From Tubiluchus corallicola (Eukaryota > Animalia > Priapulida): a stretch of 64,000 nt of DNA. The stretch is taken from contig JAQGDQ010000453.1 in the NCBI GenBank assembly GCA_030141605.1, positions 41,835 to 105,834 of the forward strand. The letters run 5' to 3'. Below, one piece after another: positions 22,620 through 52,200 of this stretch. How positions within the stretch are numbered: position 1 is the stretch's first letter; every line of letters begins with the position of its first letter. A program made the translations under genes and the position numbers. The notes below the pieces were generated by a model that had not been told where the DNA came from, made no database searches, and worked only from the letters and a program-made list of their open reading frames with translations.

Positions 22620-22798
22620 CGATAAAATGAGGATCTAAAATTGTGGATGGCAATGTGTAAAAAGTTACTATACGTGCACATTTTTGCATTGCAAAAAATA
22701 CGGACCGGGCACTGAAATTTTCCAGACTGGTGACAATGATCACGTACTTTCTCTTCTGGCGAAAGAAGCTTTTTGCAATAGCCAGATTCTCTGGACAC
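22620..22798 (-). pseudogene. Relic of Polinton/Maverick protein-primed DNA polymerase B N-terminal region
   Basis: CKKLLSPEEKVRDHCHQSGKFQCPVRIFCNAKM...IAIHNF resembles the recalled Polinton motif C..KVRDHCHxTGKFRGAAHxxCNL...PVFFHN; short and decayed. Confidence 0.75.
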
Positions 22799-24086
22799 CT
22801 CGAAGTTTGCCTAATCTTGATGAGTCATATTCAGGCGCTGGTTGGCGTTTGCTAAATTCCACTGATGGACTTGGTAGGCTAAGTCGTGAATGAGTAAGAT
22901 AATTGGTATAGTGGTTGCGCTAAAGTCTATTTATTATTGTGGTTAATGCTGTTTGCTGATTATTATTGTTTATGTCATAATATCAACAGTTAATAAAAAA
23001 TTAATTTCTATTACTAATTTCCCTATTTTCTTAAAACAGCAATGACCAGTGGTGCTCACTTTCTAGAAATAGCAGTGAACGAATGATTCTCTGCTGTAAG
23101 GCTGGTCATTCTAAGAAAAGAATTGATGTCATGAGCTAAAAATAACGCACTCACTGAGGCATATAAACAGCTGCAGACTGCTAGAGAGAGGATTGTAATT
23201 TAGACACTTGTGCTCAAATTATGTGTATTATCTGTACCAGGCAATGCTTATGCGTGCACTTAACAACACCTCGCAGCCCCATCTATTGCAATAGTAACAG
23301 TTTTAACAGCTAGCTAGAACCTTACCTAGTTCATTTTTGTCATTCTTAAGCAAGATCCCACTAGTAAATCATTCTATGCACAGACTAAGGTAAAATTAAG
23401 TAAAGTCCACGTAAAACAACTGAAGTTACTGAATATCTGCGGCAGGCGAATTTGCTTTACCTAGTTAAGACGCATTGCTATAGTATACTTAACATTTGAC
23501 CTACAGCAAGTGCGCGTGCGCACAGTGAAACAGTGAGAAGACCAATAGCCAGGAAATCCAAATTTTAATTAAAATTTAGTACGCATTGTTGCCAAACAGT
23601 GTTAATGGCAAAGTTTTCTATTACGTGAATAACAATGAAAATGAAACCATCAACACGATGGAACACATTTGAAAATTTCGCTTTATAAAATATAGGCCAT
23701 GCCATTTAATGTGCAAATTCAGTAGCTTTTTTGAACAGTTTTAACAATGCAATTTTCAAAACCTGAAAACGTGACAGAAAACTTGGCCTGTGACATTCCT
23801 GTTAAAAATTTACGGTACGCGGGTAAATTTTGAGGACAAGAGTTTTCAAGTTTTTTTACGTACGAATTGTCCAATTTATGCTCAGCTTCAATATAATTAT
23901 ATTTGAAAGAAAAAGACAGGAAAACAAGCACCAAACTTGCCTGGAATTATCCCGTGTGGTGTCTTCATGGTTTCTTCGCAAGTGGTAAAAAAATTATGTA
24001 GTCTTATAGCGTATATGATTTTAATACTGTAATATGGATTACTGTAGAATGACTTCTGTTAGTGCATTTTGTCAATGACCAATGAC

Positions 24087-24568
24087 CAGGCTGCATAAGA
24101 TTATGGATATCCATAAAATAAGACCAAAAATCCATAAAATAAAATTTGAAAAATCCATAAAATAAGAAATGCATAAAATAATTTTTTTTGTGATTTTTTG
24201 TACAAAATAAGGCAATCAAAACTGAATACAGGCATTGGATCGGAAACTTCAGCCTAGAGGGCATTCTACATTCGTACCAAATAGATGAATTATTTGAACT
24301 GAAGTGATGAATTACAAGGCATTGTCTCGTAAAATTTGATTAAATTTGAAGTGATATGAAACCAATAAAATTAAAACTAAGTCCTGCGTGTTTAAAAACA
24401 CGTTTCAAGCACTCCTGTTTTTACTTTTTAATTGATTTCCCCCTGGGCATCTCGTTCCAGATATAGTCTATTTCTTATTTTATTGATATCCATAAAATAA
24501 AATTTCAAAAATCCATAAAATAAGCTATTTTATTTATTTTATACATATCCATAATCTTATGGACCCTG
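24087..24568. mobile_element. Non-autonomous hAT-type MITE (482 bp)
   Basis: Perfect 8-bp TSD CCAATGAC (24079-24086, 24569-24576); 24-bp TIR CAGGCTGCATAAGATTATGGATAT / ATATCCATAATCTTATGGACCCTG (2 mismatches); subterminal ATCCATAAAATAA repeats. Confidence 0.92.
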
Positions 24569-24926
24569 CCAATGACCCACGGATGGAACGAGATGTCACG
24601 TCTTTTTAGGTATGTCATGTTATGTTCAAGTAAGGAGGGGCTTTTGGTTAGGGCAGCTAGGATGTATAAAATTATGTAAAATAGGGGTTACTCTGCGACA
24701 AGGTTCATCAGTCTTGTGAAAATGTTTTTAAAAGTTGCCGCTTTCTTTTATCTAAATTTGGTTGATATTCAGTTAAGCAAGTGGCTGTGGCCTTGATGTG
24801 ATTTTGATGAGAAACTTGTCTAGCCTTTTGTCGTTTTGTGGTCATGTTGTAGGAGCCCCTTCTCTTTTTGTCACTGTTGTAGTTGGCTTACGTTGGTGTT
24901 CTGTGTGCGCTTTTGTATTATGTGGT

Positions 24927-25412
24927 ATGTCTGTAGTTATCACTTTAACATCTAAGATTGGACAGACAATGTGACTGAGTCCCTGCCGGGAGAGTTTAAA
25001 GATAGTGCATCCAGACCGAAATCTGAATCTTTCCCGATGACTCACCTGATGTCTATAGCTATCACTTTAACATCTATGGTTGGACAGTCATTGTGACAGG
25101 GTCCCCGTCGAGAGCGGTTGAAGAGAGCGAGTAGGGACCGAAATCTGAATCTTGTCCAATGACTCACCTGATGTTGTAGTTATCACTTTAACATCTATGG
25201 TTGGACAGTCATTATGACAGGGTCCCCGTCGAGAGAGGTTGAAGAGAGCGAGTAGGGACCGAAATCTGAATCTTTTCCAATCACTCACCTGATGTTGGAG
25301 TTATCACTTTAACATCTATGGTTGGACAGTCATTATGACAGGGTCTCCGTCGAGAGAGGTTGAAGAGAGTGAGTAAGGACCGAAATCTGAATCTTTTCCG
25401 GCGACTCACCTG
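24927..25412. repeat. Tandem repeat, ~121-bp unit, ~4 copies
   Basis: CACCTG anchor at 25043, 25165, 25286, 25407; unit includes TATCACTTTAACATCTATGGTTGGACAG and GGACCGAAATCTGAATCTT. Confidence 0.95.
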
Positions 25413-26500
25413 GTGATCCTTTTCCTTTGGTGGTAATTTTGTACGTGTGCCGTTGTAGAATGTATGATTTGCAGTTGTTTGTCCTTTTTTATTGTTTGTG
25501 TGTGGTGTTGATGTCATTTGAATTTAACGTTTACGCTGTTCATGAGGAACAGAGGTAGCTTCTCTTCGCAGGTCTTCACACTCACTGTGGCTCATTTTCG
25601 GTGCTCCAAGAGATAAGGTCAAATGTCAAACAACGATAAGTCAAACGACATTGGTTCGCATTGTTTTCATACTCGGAGTGCATAATTTAAGTAGGGTCTG
25701 TTCAAAGCGTTTAAAGGTCGCTTTACATTCATCATTCATAAATTTGAATGCACGACAAATAGGCTTTAATATTCGTTTCCTATGTGCGTAGAATATTAAG
25801 TTATTCCGAACTTGTTTGGTGTCCAAAATCCAACTGAGCTACATCAAAAGTTTCCAGTGACAAAATGTCGTACTTGTCAGCATGCACCTTAAACTACCTC
25901 GTGTTGGAATAATTATAAGTTCAATTCAAACTTTATTTATTTATAGTGGATTTTTCTAAAGTTTACATTTTTCCACATAGAAGAAATTAATTCGTCAAGC
26001 TGATTAGGATTATGGTTAAGAATGGAGTTGGGGTTACGGTAAGGTTGGGTTAAGGTTTGGGTTAGGGCTAAGGTTAGGGTACAGTATTTAAATTGTCTAG
26101 CGAATTGTAAACTCCTTCCGTGGATTTAAAAAAAAGGCAAGTTGATACAGGTATCTCCATGGTGCAAGTGCTAAACGCAAGGTGTTAGCAACAGAGTAAA
26201 GGACATCATCGATAATTTAATAAAACAATTGGCATTTATGACAATTATACATTTAAGCGCTCTAAATCACTATGCATCGTGTCAAAGTTCTATGTCATCA
26301 ATAATATGGCGGAACGATTTCATGCCATTTACGTGGCCAGTTTTAGGTAGTTTGACGCCTTGGGGAAAAGTATTCTTAGCCCCAATTCCTCAACCGTCAA
26401 CACATACTCAACGGCACCGTGCACCCCATCCACTAAATTGAATTTTTGTTTATGAAATAAAGTATAATGGTATGTGTGTGTTAAGCATATTCATCTGTTA

Positions 26501-26826
26501 CAGAAGACAAATTAACTATATTTAATTGCCTATCTAGTGTTGATTTTATTTGAGACTGAATTGTGACTTACGGAAGACAAATTAACTATATTTAATTGCC
26601 TATCTAGTGTTGATTTTATTTGAAACTGAATTGTGACTTACGGAAGACAAATTAACTATATTTAATTGCCTATCTAGTGTTGATTTTATTTGAAACTAAA
26701 TTGTGACAGAAGACAAAATAACTATATTTAATTGCCTATCTAGTGTTGATTTTATTTGAAACTAAATTGTGACAGAAGACAAAATAACTATATTTAATTG
26801 CCTATCTAGTGTTGATTTTATTTGAA
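26501..26826. repeat. Tandem repeat, 70/66-bp unit, ~5 copies
   Basis: GAAGACAAATTAACTATATTTAATTGCCTATCTAGTGTTGATTTTATTTGA units starting 26501, 26571, 26641, 26707, 26773. Confidence 0.96.
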
Positions 26827-27830
26827 AATTTGACCGCACCTATCCGGTATTAATGAGCAATCGAAATTTCTGCAATTTCTGCTGCACATGTACCTAGTGC
26901 TGTACAAATTTTCACTCAGCATTTTCATCAGTAAATCTTTGAAACACTAACTTCTCATTTTACATTTATTTCAAGAGTTTCATCACCTTCATAACCATAA
27001 TTCTAGCCCAGTGGCAAGTACTTTATTAGCGAATCGTTTTGCCGTTTAACGGCAGCCAACTTTTTTATCTTTACGTTTCCTGTATTACGATACTGAAGAC
27101 TTCGATTCTTATAGGTTTATCTGCCATAATTAGATAAATACCAATACCAAGAGGTTTTTTTTAATAAATGAAGGAGTTGTGACTTTGGCTACTGCTTTTA
27201 TGCACACAAAACAAACTGCAGGCAACTGCAGTGAAACCCTTCTGTAATATTTGCACCAAGCGAAATAACCTAAAGAAGCCAGATAAAGCAAAGGTAAAGC
27301 AGGTTTTGCTGAGAGAAGAGAGGTTGATGTTAGCGTGGACGCAAACAGTTCCTTTAATTATTGTGCAGTGCAAAAGCATTTACACATGCATTATGTTATT
27401 GCTTATAATAAAGCTAAACTTAAAAATTAAACAATAATTCGAGAATTTGGCGAACCACCAAAATTTGGCGCCCTAGGCTCCTGGCCATCCCTGACCATCT
27501 ACACTGTTCAGCCTTGCGCCAAGTAACTCGCAAGCGTGTTCAGACTAGAGAGCAAAATTTGTTGCGTGTTACTCTTCGACAGGAAACGCTTGATTTTATC
27601 TTTGCTGCACGAAGTGTCGAGAGTAACTCGCCGAGGCGTACACAGTAGACAGTAACTCACAGAAAATTAACTCGCAGCAAGTGTCGGAGAGTTTGCAATC
27701 ACTTGTCGATAGTAACTCGCAAAGCAGTTCAAGCTTGGCGAGTTTGCTGTCAGAGAGGAAGCTCGCTTCAAAAACAGGCTAGTCCGGACGACTAACATTC
27801 GAAAGACTAATATTCGAAATTTCATTAAAA

Positions 27831-28522
27831 CTCCTTCAGGACCACAAGCGTTTGCTGCATTTTGCCTGCGTTGATGAAAAACTGCTCTCACTAAGCAGCA
27901 ATTACATTATACTTGATAATTTTTCTAGGATTCTACTCCTCACACATTAGATTTTCAAGCAAAATCAATATGAAATATATTTGCTTATCTGATGTAAAAT
28001 AAAAAGCGATTTTTGATGAATAAATTAAGAAAAGCTTTGAGTAACTGCAGGGTTTCTCTGTAACAATGTATAGTATCACTTGTGTGAAATCTGTTAATGC
28101 AGAAAATTTCAACTATCCAGAAACGACACTTTCGCCTCAAGTCTACTCTACTTTTAAGGAGAAATTCCTGTTAACAAATGAAACAACCTTAATTTCTCCT
28201 CGGCTGATCGGTTCGTTTTTCCTGGAACTGTGTGCAACAGACTTTTCTGTTTCGATCTATTAAGCATGCAATCAATGAAATAGTGTGTGCGATCAAGCAA
28301 GTGTACACCAGACTAAGTTACTCAATAGGCTAAGTTGGGTGCTTGAAAAGGCACTATTTTTCTTAATTTTATCCAATTAAGTCACTTTAAACAAATAACC
28401 GCTATTCTCGTGAACAGAACAGTATCTAATTTGTAATCATCTAGTTATGTCTGCACTCATGCTGTAACAGAAAAGTCACAGATCTTATCAGATGTATTTT
28501 GAATGATGCGGTCCTGAAGGAG
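27831..28522. mobile_element. piggyBac-like MITE (family C), full copy upstream of NT5E
   Basis: 13-bp perfect TIR CTCCTTCAGGACC / GGTCCTGAAGGAG; TSD degraded here, but a second copy at 62803 is preceded by TTAA. Confidence 0.8.
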
Positions 28523-28622
28523 TTGCCAGCTTGCTTTCATTTTCAACCAGATTTCTAGTGGTTCTTCAATACTTGAAAAATCAATAAATTCGTCTGGTTT
28601 CCTTTCAATTTTAGATTGCACA

Positions 28623-44697
<16,075 letters not shown>

Positions 44698-45779
44698 ATG
44701 TGCAACATTAGTCTGCCTTATAATACCCGCGTTGTATGTCTTAAGTTCAAACGAGTCCTTGCAGAATCAATTTTTATTATTGTTGGCTGTAAAATTGTGA
44801 TTTTGTATGTGACTTCATGTAAACATTGTTAAATAAATATTATATAGTTTGACGATGGATTACAGCGTTTATTTGCAAAGGTTATCCTTACATAATTGTT
44901 GTGGATATCAGTCAAAATAGTTTAACTTAGCTAGCTTGATAGATGCGTTGGTCTCTCTCAAAACTCAAAGAATAGACACTGATACTAAACAAAAAATATT
45001 TTAATAATAATTTTACAAATTTTTCGTATTTTGTTAATTATTATAGATGCGCAGTTGTGGGCAGTCAAATCATTCGCATATGTAATTATCTCGTTATCTT
45101 TGTTTTGCAGTTTTTATTATTCTGTTTCTTTCTTTTTCTGCTTTTTTGTTTTTGTTTTGTTTTCTAATTATCGAATGCAAGTGGATTTGGAATGTATTGC
45201 TTTAGCTGACTTGTGTTCTGATTTCAGTATGATTGTAATAATAATAATTATTAATTTTGTTTTAATGTTTGTTATTAAAATTTTGTTTCTACTTCTCATG
45301 TATCTTTCGCGTGTTTCTGGTAGTGATCATTTTTCCTGTATTTTTATTGTCTACAGGAATTCTTAAATTAGTATTTTGTCTACAACCATGAACAAAATTA
45401 TTGCTGTACGTAATATCAATTCCACTTTGCCTTATAAACAAATAAAAAATATGATAAATAGGTTGACGCATTACCGACAATTAACTAAATACGTGAAAAC
45501 AGTGGCATTCCAATGTTTATATAAAGCTATTAGTGATATAGTGACAAGAGGTGTCTGCTTCGATAACCTTTAGCCCCTTTCTATGTTGTCTTTTATTATG
45601 TTAACAGTTATAAACTATTATTGCTTAACAATCACGTGTTTTTTAAGGTAAGATAAGATTTAGTTTTTTACTTGGTTGCATTAAAAATAGTAACATGGGT
45701 GTCATTTTCTCAACTTAATCTTTGTTACAACCATTAATCTAGCACATTAGGCTTTTCTGAATCTAAAGATAGCATAACT

Positions 45780-46290
45780 GCAATGTGTGTTATCGACGCA
45801 TCATCATTAGCGCATGCCTGTTGTTACGTCAATTGTTGCCGACTTTGGGCAGGTAGAATTCTAATTTAAGAGAAATCTGCCCTCAAGACAGGTAAGCACA
45901 GCATGTAATTCAGCAATTATCGACGTCAAGCATGATTGTCTAGCGCACTACCTACGTTATGACGTAAGCACGCTGACCGTCAGCTTACGACGAACAACAA
46001 CTCTTTAGTAAACAACACGACGTTATTGCAACACGGCGACTATTATAATAATTTTATAATAAACTGTAATGTCTAATCGACAGATAAAACTGATTGTGCT
46101 TTTTCAAGCGCAAAATTTGCAATACACTTGTTATTTTTACAAGGAATGAAAACTTTAAGTAGCCACTAAACATTTAGCGATATAATTGTCGCTCATAGAC
46201 TCGCAAACTGTACGTGGTGCATGAATAGGCCAGCGTTAAATTTTCTGCTAATCTGACGTTGGCATGTTTTGCGTTTAACGGAAAGGCAAG
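45780..46290 (+). promoter_or_regulatory. Probable Cbl promoter/5'UTR, CpG-enriched with several CRE-like (T)GACGT/ACGTCA cores
   Basis: TTACGTCA ~45824, GACGTCA ~45923, TGACGTAA ~45960, TGACGT ~46254; lies between the NT5E AATAAA (44832) and the Cbl ATG. Function is inference. Confidence 0.4.
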
Positions 46291-49200
46291 ATGGCTGCGA
46301 AGGGATGTCAAGGCAAGCCAAAATTGGAATTTTTAGGTCGTTTTTGGGGTGTATTCGGCGATCCCAAGATTATAATTGATCGTAAAACAATAGAGAGGAC
46401 ATGGAAATTAATGGACAAGGTAGTAAAATGGTGTCAAGATCCTCGTGTAAATTTAAAAAATAGTCCACCTTATATTTTGGACATCCTGCCAGATACGTAC
46501 CAGCACCTTCGTCTTATTTATTCTAAGTACGAAGATCGTTTACACATATTGAATGACTGTGAATACTTTAGGATTTTTATTGAGAACTTGTTGAAAAAGT
46601 GCAAGCAGGCAATAAAACTGTTTAAAGAGGGTAGAGAGCAAATGTTTGTGGACAACTCGCACTACAGGAGAAATTTGACCAAACTGTCGCTGGTATTTTC
46701 TCACATGTTATCAGAGTTAAAAGCTATTTTCCCAGATGGAACTTTTGCTGGTGAACAGTACCGAATAACAAAAGGAGATGCTGCTGATTTTTGGCGGAAT
46801 TCCTTTGGAAATAGGTAAAGTTTATGAATATTTTAATCTTGTTGATATTGTGATGCCCTAAATAACAGAGATAATTGCATTGAAAATTTAAAGAATTTTA
46901 GGTGTTACAATTTATAACAACGTCTTCTGGCAAACCAAGTTGGAAATGTTTAAAGCTAGCGAAATTGAGATTTTAGCTAGATTTTGGGAGTATTCGGCAA
47001 TCCTATGATTATAAAATTTGATAATAAAACAACGCAGGACATAGTAATTAAGGGACAAGGTAGTAAAATTACAGATTCTTTAAATGTGAGACACTGAGCA
47101 TAAAGTTTGCAGGGTATCGCTGAAGGAAGCAAAGCAGAATAAATTTCTGGAATACTCCTAGATTTGGTACGGAGTGTTTTTGTCAGCACACCCCTATTAA
47201 TACATGGTGCAGGTTTGCTAGCCAGTTTTTTATGTTACGTGCAAAATCTTTGTTTTTACACTAGGTCTAGTTAATTGTGTCTGCTATTAATTTCATTTAT
47301 ATATAGAACTATTGTACCGTGGAAGATATTTCGTGAGACTTTGGACCAAGTGCATCCAATCAGCTCAGGGTTAGAAGCCATGGCATTAAAGTCAACTATC
47401 GATTTGACCTGCAATGATTACATTTCAAACTTTGAGTTTGATGTTTTCACAAGGTATTGTTATTAATCAGGCTGCTCTGTTTCTCGTTTTCCAATGGAAA
47501 GATGTTCACTGATTGGTTTTGCTCTTCTTTCTCTCCGGATCATTGTCAAGTTTATTATTGTCAGATATAAACATGCAACCGCAAACTTTGATATATTTTG
47601 CGTGACTTGTTTAATTTAGACCTACAATAAAAATACAGTCAACCTTGGATATAAGGGACACCTCAGGACTGGAAAAAATCGTTCCTTATATCCGATGTCC
47701 CTTATAGCCGAAGTTGAGTCAAACCGATGGTGTATAGACCTGTACTTTTACCCACATTTTTATGGATTATTGCTACACATTCAGTGCAAACGCTATGTAG
47801 GAAACTCCTTCAGTGGTGCGAGATGTATGTGACCGCGGAAACCGAGCTGTTCGAGTGCTGAGTTTGCGAAAAAGTGAGGTTAAAAATCGATCAATTTCGC
47901 TTTGATCATAGGGTCCCTTATATGCGAGGTAACTTACCTGGGTTTCTATTATGCAGGACCTGAAGATATCATACCTTATGACTGAAAGTCCTTTATATCC
48001 GAGTGCCTTATACCCGAGGTTGATTGCACTTCTGTTTCTGTCTAATTGCTCAAGTAATTTTTTTAAACACACCTGGCCAAGAACTTTGTAATTTTTATGC
48101 ATACTTACCTGGCACAGTCATATAAAAGCGTATTTTTTAACTTGAAACTCAAAATGCAATAACCATTATAACATTGGGCTTCATCAAGGGTGCAGCCATG
48201 TTTCTCTATAGCTAACTCTCGGTATTTCTCGTAAAATTACTGTTCACCCTGTTCATTTTCAATAATCAGAATAATCAGTTAGCAATGATATGCGAATCGG
48301 CAGTCGTCTGCATTAACATCTTTTATGAAATTACCATCGATGCTTGTGTCTGTTAAATAACCGAATTATAACTGTGCACTTTACAAAGTTTAATCTGCGT
48401 GGTACAATTTGAATGTATATGATGTTAGAACTGAATTTAAATGTTCCATTTGCCAAAAATATTTTTTCCTCTCGCTCTACCGACATCATGATAGTAAATT
48501 TTTGTGTGACTGGCCTAATTTAGCTGATTCATACCTATAATAATGTCTTTCAAACTTTAGTAGTTTTTGCTTGTCTGAACTGTAAAATTTCTTGGCTAAT
48601 TTATTTGACTTTTTCTTTAGGCTTTTCCAACCGTGGTCGTCATTACTGAGGAATTGGAACTTGTTGGCAGTGACACACCCGGCTTATGTAGCTTTTCTTA
48701 CATATGACGAGGTGAAGGCACGGCTACAAAAGTACATTAACAAAGCCGGGAGGTGTGTGCATAATAATCAGTAATTTCTCAATGTGGATGAAGCTTCTTT
48801 GCTTTAGAAAATTTGTGAAATATGTTTATTATGATTGAAAAGAATTAATTAAGAATTCAAATTGGTGACTAAGGGTTGTTGCTGTACTAGATAACTGCTA
48901 AGTCATACTGCAGAATAGAGTCTACTTTCACACTAACTTGCAGTTTCGAATTTCCTTGTGTATGTAAACAATTTCACCATGTACTTCGGTTATAGAATTT
49001 CACAATGAATTGTAAATATAATTGTTTCATCACTGAAGTACATTGAATAACCATTTATTTTCTTTGATTTTTTGCCTTTTTATTTATGACTGGTTATTTA
49101 AAGTATAATTTATCAATTTTGTTATTGTTTGTTTGGTTTACATTTTATGCATACTCTATACTCTATGGCCTAAAAGCATCTATGGGTTAGAACTCTATAT

Positions 49201-52200
49201 AAAGTTGCTTTGCTGTAATTTTATTTTCCTGTTTTGTACATTTATTTGGTGCTGATTTCAAATGCTTTGCTACTATAATGAGTTTACATGAAAGCGACAG
49301 GTTGAATCTGTTCGGTATTGTGCGAAAATGTGTAACGCCTAATTAACAATGATCATTATTACAAGTCGACTTATTAACAGGCTTGTCGCATTCAGGGAGG
49401 TATTGAACGGGTTAGCATCACGCTGTGTTACGCAACCGGAATATTCTTTAGGGTAGGTTCCTACTAACAATTTTGCCCCCCCCCCCCCCCGCGCATTAAA
49501 ATGTTGCAAAACTAAACTCCATGAACCCCTGCAAGTTTGAGTGATTATAAGATTAATGTAAGTCTTGCATAGAAGTGAGACCATGAAAAAATATGTGTAG
49601 AACAAGAGTAGCAACAAGCGTTAATGTACTGTTGTCCATGGTTTTTAAGTGCATCATTGGTGCCAAAAGACCAAATATTTATATCAGGCATCAAACAGGC
49701 CATTTGTCACAAATGACTAGGTTCCCCAAAGCCAACTGTAGTGCTGAAAGCGAACAAATTTAATTAGTAACGCAAAAATATTCTGCGTTATTGTCTACTG
49801 TAAGCCAGATGGGTCACCCCCAGTACATAATGCAGTAGCTCAATAGTATTGGTAGCTGCCACGAGAGCCGCCTAGTGGTGGACGAATGCCGAGTTTGTTA
49901 TTAGTTAATGCGAGGTTTCAAGCCGCATCCCTTTCGTGTATACTCCATGTATATGTATATAGGTGACCTGAGTCTTATATTAATTTCATTTATTTTAAGT
50001 GGATAGATTTTAATGCGAGTGTCATTCATCAGGCACATCGGTAATTCTATTTTTACCTTTTGCGTTAGACTTTGTTTCCTATTTGCAGTTACGTATTTCG
50101 ACTGAGTTGCACAAGGCTCGGTCAGTGGGCGATAGGTTACGTCACCCAGGAGGGTAATATCTTACAGACTATACCACAAAACAAGTCATTATGTCAAGCG
50201 TTGCTGGATGGTTACCGAGAAGGATTGTAAGTTATTTATTTGTTTATGTTTACTTTAGGTCGAGCTGTTTGTGTATGCTTTAGTTATAAGTCTTGTATTA
50301 GCGTAAAAACATGTTTCTTTAATTAAAAGAGCTAACCGTAACTTGATGCTTGTGAAAATTTGGAAAGTCGCAGGCTAAACAAATGTGCTTCATTGGATAC
50401 GACTCCGTTTCTCTGACTATGATTACACCGCAAAACGTGACATGAGATAGCCGAACACAAATATTAATATTATTATTATTATTATTATTATTTATGAGTA
50501 ATTGTACCTCAACTGATAAGCAAAAGTTACAACAAAATATAATAATCAAAATTAGCCAGGGTTTGCATAGTTGCTGCAAGCTCTAACGCAATATCAATAA
50601 ACTTTCCGCAACTTGGGCAAAACGGGCGGGTGTAATTTCAGGCAGGCTTATTGCATTGCATGTAATGTCACCACAGTATCCCCCCCCCCCCACTTGAACA
50701 CGAGTTCGGTAGGTTTTGCCCCTGACGGTATTCCTGACATTTTGGGGTTGACATTGCTGTTGAAGTGGGTATATTCACGAGTGTTAATATCTAGTCCAAT
50801 AGCAAGAAACAATTGTTCAGAAGTTGCTTGTCAACATCTACATGAGACTGACTTGCATCAATACCTGTAGGCGGATACAAGTTAAAAATCATCAGATTCA
50901 ATTTAGGTCTCTCAGTGTCTCGAAATTCTTTGATGGCATGACTTGCAGCTTGCTGGATAGTAGTAGCCTGGTTGCTTGAGCTATGTATAATTATCGAGCT
51001 AAAGGAAGACAGGATGATTTTTCATATGCTACCCCATTTTCAAGTTCAATTTACAGTATACATTTTAACACAATTAATACTCCAAAAGCTTTTCTAGTTA
51101 TTAAATTATTAGAGCATTTTTTTAATAATTAGTTTAAAAACTTAATAATGGCAGGCGAGCCCAACTATTGATGACATCACAAACTAGCATGAGTTTCAAC
51201 AGGAAAAATATTCCATGAGTGTGTTGCACGTGTTTGGGAAAACAAGAATTGTAGTACAGTGCTACTGTAAGATATTCACTGTATTGTAATAAAACTAGGC
51301 AAGTTTTAAGATAAAAATTCAAATTTCAAATATGCATTTCCGAAATGCAGGCGCTAGTGCCCATCTAACCAGCAAATGGCAAATGTAACAGTGAAGAACT
51401 AGTGGCACCAACGTGAAATTGTGTTCGTGTGGTAATAATTCTTTCACGTAAATCATTTTTGAAAAAATAGTGTGTTTCCTTTCAGTGTTTTAAGGAGTAG
51501 ATAGTTTAAAATTGGGTCCAGTTTTCGTTTAAATGTTTTGCTATTTCAATCTGTTGTCTAAGTAACTAAAAGATACATTTCATAAACAGCCAGTTTATAA
51601 TAAATTTTATTGCTAGGAAAATCCAACGTTTTCACTGTCATTTTGCTAATAAAATGTAATAAAATTTATTACATAGTAGGTTGTTTATGAAACGGATATT
51701 GTTCTGGTTGTAAAGATTTTAAAACTTTACAAGGTTTGTGTTTTAATACTGCATTGTGTGTGAATTTATCAAATTTTCATCTAAGTAACAGTATAGTGTT
51801 TTGGGTACATGTTGCTGTCTGTACAATGACTAAAATGTATTGACCTATTCCAGTAAGATGACTTAGTCAAGAAAAGGGTAGAGTGTTGATGGTTTTTGTA
51901 TATAAAGTATGCTAAACAAATTTCTGGAGTATGTAGCTTTATGATATACAGTGGCGGCTTGTAACTAAAATTAGTGGGGTGCTGCTTTAGAATTTTTTTA
52001 GCCTATGTTTTAACACTGTGTAAAACAAAACAAACATATGTAATTTTAATGGTGTAATCTGCATTTGTAATTTTAAACAAACAAAGACACTAAAATTTAT
52101 AAATAAACTTGATGAAATCCTAAACAAAAAATATTGTTTGCTTATAAAAAAAACCTAAATTGTCGCAGTTCAGGAAAATGCCGGTACACGGCTTTTAAGC

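Noticed and set aside
26028-26080. Telomere-like GGTTA/TTAGGG run
   Set aside because: Short and degenerate; more like the GGTTAG tracts common inside invertebrate transposons than an interstitial telomere.
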